A DNA stretch of 32,000 nucleotides, from contig JAHRFX010000105.1 of the NCBI GenBank assembly GCA_019084405.1, positions 13,228 to 45,227 of the forward strand, given 5' to 3'. Both the position numbers and the translations under genes were made by a program. The notes below the pieces were generated by a model. The model was not told where the DNA came from. It saw nothing but the letters and a program-made list of their open reading frames with translations, and searched no databases. Positions 26,824 to 32,000 of this stretch are shown piece by piece (within the stretch, counting starts at the first letter, position 1; each line of letters starts with the position of its first letter). The stretch comes from Methanobacterium sp. GTDB taxonomy: Archaea > Methanobacteriota > Methanobacteria > Methanobacteriales > Methanobacteriaceae.

Positions 26824-28008
26824 ATGGTAGATTATGATGTATTGGTAATTGGGGCAGGGCCGGTAGGATCTACCTTTGCTTTTCGTATGGCCCAAGAGGG
26901 GTATAAGGTGGGGGTCCTGGAAAAGAAGAAAAAGATAGGGGTTCCCCTTCAATGTGCCGGACTATTAAGTGCAAAAATTAGAGAAATAAATGACCTGCCG
27001 GATGAATTTATAATTAATAAGGTGCGGGGGGCTTACCTCCATTCTCCTTCTGATCATGTGATAAAGGTTTCTAAAAAGGAAACTCAGGCTTATGTAATTG
27101 ATCGGGTGGAGTATGATAAATATCTTTCCCAAAAAGCCCAGGATGCCGGGGCTGAGATTTTACTTCAGCATAAAGTTTCAAATGTGGATACATCTTCTTC
27201 CAAAGTTAAAATGGCTAATACGGGACAGAAAGTACTCCAATCAAAAATACTTGCAGGATGTGGAGGCCATTGTTCGGTAGTTTCCTCTGCCATGAATAAC
27301 TCCTATAATTCTGTGGATGCGGCCCAGTTTCTTATTGAGATGAAAAGTAATCCCCTGGAAACAGATTTTGTGGATGTTTATGTGGATGAACATATTTCCC
27401 CTGGATTTATATGGTCCATTCCTTTATCCCCTCACCTATCTCGCCTGGGACTTTTCGGGCACCATGATTATAAAAAACTAAATCATATATTAAAGAATTT
27501 CATAAATTCCAATGATAAATTCCAGGGAGCTAAAGTCATAAGTAAGTATCATGGAAAAATACCAGTATTTGATTTGAATAAAAAAATCGTTGAAAACCGG
27601 GCCATTATTTTAGGGGATGCTGCTTCTCAGGTTAAACCAACCACTGGTGGAGGCCTTTTAATTGGATTTGAATGTGCTAAATTTGCGGCAGAAGCTGCCA
27701 TAAAATCCCTGGAAAGTGATGATCCTGAATTATTAAAGGATTATGAAACCAGCTATAAGAACAAATTCTTAAAAGAGCTTAAAAACCAGTTGCAGGTGCA
27801 AAAGACTTTCCAGGAACTTAAAAATCAGGAATTAGATAACATGTTCCTGAAGTTAAAAGAAAAAGGTGCTGAAGATTTGATATCCTCTTATGGTGATATG
27901 GATTCTCAATCCCTCCTGGTAAAAGAAATGATAAAAAGGAGGATATTATTTTCTGTACTCCCTCAGCTGTTATATAGGAGGATGTCCCGTTTATGGAACT
28001 TTTTTTAA
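26824..28008 (+). CDS. Geranylgeranyl reductase family FAD-dependent oxidoreductase
   Basis: 394-aa ORF. YDVLVIGAGPVGS dinucleotide fold, PGFIWSIP and ILGDAASQVKPTTGGG motifs typical of archaeal GGR-family enzymes. AAGGAG RBS. Confidence 0.8.
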   Translation: MVDYDVLVIGAGPVGSTFAFRMAQEGYKVGVLEKKKKIGVPLQCAGLLSAKIREINDLPDEFIINKVRGAYLHSPSDHVIKVSKKETQAYVIDRVEYDKYLSQKAQDAGAEILLQHKVSNVDTSSSKVKMANTGQKVLQSKILAGCGGHCSVVSSAMNNSYNSVDAAQFLIEMKSNPLETDFVDVYVDEHISPGFIWSIPLSPHLSRLGLFGHHDYKKLNHILKNFINSNDKFQGAKVISKYHGKIPVFDLNKKIVENRAIILGDAASQVKPTTGGGLLIGFECAKFAAEAAIKSLESDDPELLKDYETSYKNKFLKELKNQLQVQKTFQELKNQELDNMFLKLKEKGAEDLISSYGDMDSQSLLVKEMIKRRILFSVLPQLLYRRMSRLWNFF

Positions 28009-29018
28009 TATTATCCCGTGAAAATGATACCTTACCCCTGGCTGAACTGGAGGCAGTTCTTAATGCTGAAAAAATTGATTATAATCTGGAAATAGTTGAA
28101 CCGGGAATTATCAAACTTAAAACCCCTGAAGATATTTCTATCCTGCTGGGTAAAAGAATGGGATATGCCCACGAGATTTCCCATTTTATTACAGAATCTA
28201 ATCCGCATAAAATTCCTGAGGCCTTTTCTAAAATAAAATGGGAGGATATTCTGGGGCCTGATTTTGCAATCAGGGTTAAACAAATAGGATGTACCGAAGA
28301 TATTGATTGTCAGGAAATGGAAAAAGAACTGGGAAATATTGTAAAGAAGATGGTGGGGGATAAAAGTAAGGTAAAACTTGAAAAACCTTCTACCTTTATC
28401 CGGGTCCTTATAACTAATTCCTTAGCCCTTATTGGAGTCAAGAAAGTAAAAATTGATAAAAAACACTTTTTTGATCTTAAACCTCATAAAAGACCATTTT
28501 TCTACCCGGGATCCATGAGTCCTAAATTAGCCCGATGCATGGTGAATTTATCCCAAATAATTCCCGGGGATTTACTTATGGATCCTTTTTGTGGAACCGG
28601 GGGGATATTGATTGAGGCCGGTATTATTGGGGCCCGTCTTATTGGAACTGATATTGACGAGAAAATGGTGCAGGGCACTGAAAAAAATCTGAAATACTAT
28701 GGAATAAAAGATTTCAAGGTTTTAAAATCCGATGCCAGACATGTAAAATTGGATGAGAAAGTAAAAGCAGTGGTAACAGATCCACCTTATGGCATATCTG
28801 CTTCTACAGCCGGTGAAGATAGTGGGAAGATCTACAGGGAGTTTTTAGAATCTGTAAGTGATCAAATGCTGGAAGATGGCCGAATATGTATAGCCACTCC
28901 ACACTACGTGGACTTAAATGACTTATTAAACGACACTCCCTTAAAATTAATGGAGCGGCATGAGATTAGAATGCATAAAAGTCTAACACGTGTCATTTCT
29001 GTCCTGGTAAAAGAATAG
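27993..29018 (+). CDS. THUMP-domain tRNA (guanine(10)-N2)-methyltransferase (archaeal Trm11/TrmG10 type)
   Basis: 341-aa ORF. N-terminal THUMP-like region, motif I DPFCGTGG, motif IV TDPPYG. Overlaps the upstream gene by 16 nt. Confidence 0.8.
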   Translation: MELFLILSRENDTLPLAELEAVLNAEKIDYNLEIVEPGIIKLKTPEDISILLGKRMGYAHEISHFITESNPHKIPEAFSKIKWEDILGPDFAIRVKQIGCTEDIDCQEMEKELGNIVKKMVGDKSKVKLEKPSTFIRVLITNSLALIGVKKVKIDKKHFFDLKPHKRPFFYPGSMSPKLARCMVNLSQIIPGDLLMDPFCGTGGILIEAGIIGARLIGTDIDEKMVQGTEKNLKYYGIKDFKVLKSDARHVKLDEKVKAVVTDPPYGISASTAGEDSGKIYREFLESVSDQMLEDGRICIATPHYVDLNDLLNDTPLKLMERHEIRMHKSLTRVISVLVKE

Positions 29019-29186
29019 ATTTCATCAGCTACTGCAATGGTTTATATCTTCAATTTTTATATATGGTTGAGTACCAATATATCCATATAAATTTTTAAAT
29101 TCATTATTTAATGTTTTATCTCTATAATTATGCAGGAAATCAATTATAGATGATTCTAATATAAAAAAATAAACAGGGGATTTAAA

Positions 29187-30698
29187 TTGGAAATCAGAGT
29201 TTTAGATACCACATTAAGAGACGGAGAACAGACTCCTGGAGTTTCTTTAACTCCCGATGAGAAATTAAGAATAGCATTAAGATTAGATGCATTGGGAGTG
29301 GACATTATTGAAGCAGGATCTGCTATTACCTCCGCTGGTGAAAGGGAAGGTATAAAAAAAATAACCAGCGAAGGCCTTTCTACTGAAATCTGCAGCTTTG
29401 CCCGGGCAGTAAAAGTTGATGTAGACGCGGCCTTAGAATGCGGGGTGGACAGTGTGCATCTGGTGGTACCCACCTCTGATCTACATCTGGAACATAAACT
29501 ACGAAAAAGCAGGGAAGAAGTTTTACTACAGGCGGTGGACTGCACCGAATATGCCGTGGACCATGGTCTGCTGGTGGAATTATCGGCAGAAGACTCCACT
29601 AGAAGTGACATGGAGTTTTTAAAAGAAGTATTCCGGCAGGGTATCCAGGCGGGAGCCAAAAGGATATGTGCCTGTGACACAGTGGGTATGCTAACCCCGG
29701 ATAAATCATTCGAATTTTATGGGGAGTTAAGTAAACTAAAGGCACCTTTAAGTGTGCACTGCCACAATGATTTTGGTCTGGCCGTTGCTAATTCTCTCTC
29801 AGGGCTAAAAGCAGGTGCCACCGAAGTACATGCCACCATAAATGGAATTGGTGAAAGGGCAGGTAATGCTGCTTTAGAAGAAATAATTGTAGCATTGTAC
29901 TCTTTATATGATATCAAAACTAATGTGAATATTCAGATGCTATATGAGACCTCTAAAATGGTGGCCCGGATGACTGGAGTTTATCTGCAGCCTAACAAGG
30001 CCATAGTAGGAGAAAATGCATTTGCCCACGAATCAGGCATACATGCCGATGGAGTTATAAAAAAAGCAGAGACTTATGAACCTATTACTCCGGAACTGGT
30101 GGGTCACCAGCGCAGATTTGTTATGGGAAAACACATCGGCACTAGTTTACTAAAAAAACGACTCCAAGAATTGGGATTAAAGGTGGATGAGAATCAACTA
30201 ATGCAGATATTCAACCGGGTGAAATCACTGGGAGATATGGGTAAATGCGTTACTGATGTGGATTTACAGGCCATAAGTGAGGATGTTTTAGGAATAATAG
30301 CGGAGAAAATGGTGGAACTAGAAGAGGTGACCATTGTATCTGGAAATAAAGTAATTCCCACGGCTTCAGTTAAACTAAAAATAGATAATAATGAAATATT
30401 AGAAGCTGGAGTTGGTATAGGGCCGGTAGATGCTGCTATTGTAGCCATCAAAAAGAGTATAGCAGACTTTGCAGATGTAACCCTGGAGGAATATCACGTG
30501 GATGCTATAACTGGAGGTACAGATGCTTTAATTGACGTGGTGGTTAAACTACGTTATGAAAATGAAGTGGTTTCTGCCCGCAGTACCCAACCGGATATTA
30601 TCATGGCCAGTGTGGAAGCATTTTTAAGTGGTGTTAATCGATTATTAGGTGATAAAATAAAGGACGGGTCCCTGAAAAAGATTTCTGATGAAAAATAA
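29187..30698 (+). CDS. cimA: (R)-citramalate synthase (LeuA/CimA family)
   Basis: 503-aa ORF (TTG start, the first canonical start codon after an in-frame stop). Near-colinear with my recollection of Methanocaldococcus CimA ([35 protein letters not shown]-terminal regulatory domain [13 protein letters not shown]). Confidence 0.85.
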   Translation: MEIRVLDTTLRDGEQTPGVSLTPDEKLRIALRLDALGVDIIEAGSAITSAGEREGIKKITSEGLSTEICSFARAVKVDVDAALECGVDSVHLVVPTSDLHLEHKLRKSREEVLLQAVDCTEYAVDHGLLVELSAEDSTRSDMEFLKEVFRQGIQAGAKRICACDTVGMLTPDKSFEFYGELSKLKAPLSVHCHNDFGLAVANSLSGLKAGATEVHATINGIGERAGNAALEEIIVALYSLYDIKTNVNIQMLYETSKMVARMTGVYLQPNKAIVGENAFAHESGIHADGVIKKAETYEPITPELVGHQRRFVMGKHIGTSLLKKRLQELGLKVDENQLMQIFNRVKSLGDMGKCVTDVDLQAISEDVLGIIAEKMVELEEVTIVSGNKVIPTASVKLKIDNNEILEAGVGIGPVDAAIVAIKKSIADFADVTLEEYHVDAITGGTDALIDVVVKLRYENEVVSARSTQPDIIMASVEAFLSGVNRLLGDKIKDGSLKKISDEK

Positions 30699-30700
30699 TA

Positions 30701-30724
30701 GTGGTTCAATCAACCATTTTTTTT
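30701..30724 (+). terminator. Short hairpin (TGGTT-CAATC-AACCA) followed by T8
   Basis: Read directly. 5-bp stem at 30702-06/30712-16, then T8 at 30717-24, 3 nt after the cimA stop region. Confidence 0.5.
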
Positions 30725-30776
30725 ATTAATAATCATCGCTTAATTTTATTTTAACATTTTCTTTAAGAGAGATTTT

Positions 30777-31274
30777 ATGAAAAGATTAGAAAAAATCCAG
30801 GTAATGGGATTTAAAGCCCATATTGATGATGTGGGAAACACCTTATCCTGGATTGATGAAATTTCCATTGATTGCACCATTCAGCTTATGAATGCCCAGG
30901 CAGTGGCCGGAAAAAAACATGCCTTACATGCCACCCTCCATGCCTTAGATGCATTTAGTGAGGGATATAACATTGCCCATAATCTGGGAATGGAAATATG
31001 CCTTAGAACATCGGCTCAAAGACAAATATCAAAAGCAATAAATATACTGGGACTAAAAGAGGGCCCTATGGAGATATGTGCAGTAGGGGTGGACTGTGAC
31101 GATTCAATAATAAAAGAAATGGGCAAGTTTTTCAAAAGAGATGATAAGGTTTTAATTCCCCGGGAAAATACTTTAAAAGAAATCTATGGTTTATCTGATC
31201 TTGAAATTAAATCAAGTGGGGGATTAACCTCCTTACTTCTGGAAAAGACCACTCTTTTAATTATTGATAAATAA
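30777..31274 (+). CDS. KEOPS complex subunit Cgi121
   Basis: 165-aa ORF. QLMNAQAVAGKKHALHA...LRTSAQRQISKAINILGLKEG...ICAV aligns with the archaeal Cgi121 pattern (LNA..V...KH.LHA...R.SGQRQI..AI...G). Confidence 0.8.
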   Translation: MKRLEKIQVMGFKAHIDDVGNTLSWIDEISIDCTIQLMNAQAVAGKKHALHATLHALDAFSEGYNIAHNLGMEICLRTSAQRQISKAINILGLKEGPMEICAVGVDCDDSIIKEMGKFFKRDDKVLIPRENTLKEIYGLSDLEIKSSGGLTSLLLEKTTLLIIDK

Positions 31275-31302
31275 GGTCAGATTTACATAATATTCTATTT
31301 TA

Positions 31303-32000
31303 CTAAATCCTTTCTGATAAAATTTCCATCAGTTCCTGTAAATTATTTTCATTTAAAGATTCCAGGGCCAGATTCTTAATTTCCACACAAATGGCCCTAT
31401 CCAGCACCCGATCATAAAGAGGGCAGGTGGTGATTATGCTTTTTTTCTCTGCATTTAAAGATTTTCTTAATCCCCGGGCAGTTTCAGGGGGATTCTGGCA
31501 GGGAATTATCACATTAATTCCCCTTTTATCTGGATGTAATACATTTCCAATCTTTTTTTTTAGATATTCAACCGCACCGGTGGTTTTTATTAGGCTTGCA
31601 CTGGAAAAATCTATTTCCCGGGCTATACCTGCCCCGGTCACAGGACTACATCCCATAGTCCTCAATAAAATACCTGATTTATCCAGTATATCTTGCTGGC
31701 TGGTACTGATAAAACCTCCACTTCCAACATTCACCATTTTCGGCGAACCTGTAGAAGCTACAATTACGTGGGCGTGCTCACCATTACCCAGTCTGGCTTC
31801 AGGGTCTCCCACCCCACCGGATGCGTCTTCCACCAGTTTAATTTCATTGCTATTACAGAAATCAAATAATTCTTTAAGGGGCTGCTCGGCAGTGTAACCT
31901 GCAAAACTGGTAATGAATAATGCTCCCGGTTTTGTATTAATTTTACTTAATGATTCTTCCATCAAATCCAGGGATAAATATCCTTTATCAGTTTTTAATT
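31303..32000 (-). CDS. PLP-dependent fold-type-I enzyme (DegT/aminotransferase-like), 5'-truncated by window edge
   Basis: The frame stays open to position 32000 (upstream residues ...LKTDKGYLSLDL precede the track's start). The pattern LVEDASGG...G...H..V.S...PK....GSGGFI.T resembles the PLP-Lys region of DegT-like enzymes. Confidence 0.55.
   Translation of the reverse strand, partial: LKTDKGYLSLDLMEESLSKINTKPGALFITSFAGYTAEQPLKELFDFCNSNEIKLVEDASGGVGDPEARLGNGEHAHVIVASTGSPKMVNVGSGGFISTSQQDILDKSGILLRTMGCSPVTGAGIAREIDFSSASLIKTTGAVEYLKKKIGNVLHPDKRGINVIIPCQNPPETARGLRKSLNAEKKSIITTCPLYDRVLDRAICVEIKNLALESLNENNLQELMEILSERI

Noticed and set aside
29156-29680. 174-aa ORF antisense to the 5' part of cimA
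   Set aside because: It is a shadow ORF of a highly conserved gene, Ser/Thr/Cys-rich with no recognisable domain and no RBS.
1-32000. Recoding signals (in-frame TGA for selenocysteine or TAG for pyrrolysine) or split genes among the conserved enzymes
   Set aside because: All recognisable enzymes (aroC, hemB, pheS, pan, cimA, the Mur-type ligases and others) read through as single uninterrupted ORFs of normal length. The only stop-related oddity is the TAA at 19977, reported separately.
1-32000. tRNA, rRNA or other large structured RNA genes
   Set aside because: The intergenic regions are short and very AT-rich. I saw no GC-rich 70-90-nt segments with cloverleaf-like complementarity, and no rRNA-like conserved blocks.

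Overview
This is an AT-rich archaeal chromosomal segment. It most likely comes from a pseudomurein-walled methanogen (Methanobacteriales, Methanobacterium-like). That inference rests on archaeal markers (PAN, aMBF1, KEOPS Cgi121, archaeal Trm11, geranylgeranyl reductase, CimA) found together with Mur-ligase-like, MraY-like, ATP-grasp and MurT/GatD-like genes.

Most of the window is densely packed housekeeping genes: aroC, hemB, pheS, pan, cimA, nikR, a hydrogenase maturation protease, and a DUF1538/P-II-like transporter operon. I saw no rRNA, tRNA, CRISPR array, transposase or integrase.

The most interesting part is the cell-wall locus at about 14.2-22.7 kb. An ATP-grasp / MraY-like / Mur-ligase operon and a convergent MurT-like/GatD-like pair bracket three uncharacterised genes:
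- a small membrane-anchored protein with a POTRA-like sequence pattern;
- a 418-aa exported, C-terminally anchored protein whose predicted mature N-terminus is a Thr followed by a beta-strand (Ntn-hydrolase-like) and which carries twin CPVDG motifs;
- a 104-aa ORF separated from the 418-aa gene by a single in-frame TAA, whose 3' end is triplicated as a 59-bp tandem repeat that regenerates the same 16-aa mini-ORF.

Other findings:
- a textbook C/D box sRNA just downstream of pan, one guide of which predicts methylation of the C of a CUCAUA (CAU anticodon-loop-like) target;
- a PRMT-like methyltransferase with a double-E loop between nikR and the hydrogenase protease;
- two genes whose conserved ends are encoded in frame but cut off, one by a missing canonical start codon and one by a G5 homopolymer frame change.

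All functional calls come from reading the translated ORFs and recalling family motifs. No database search was possible.
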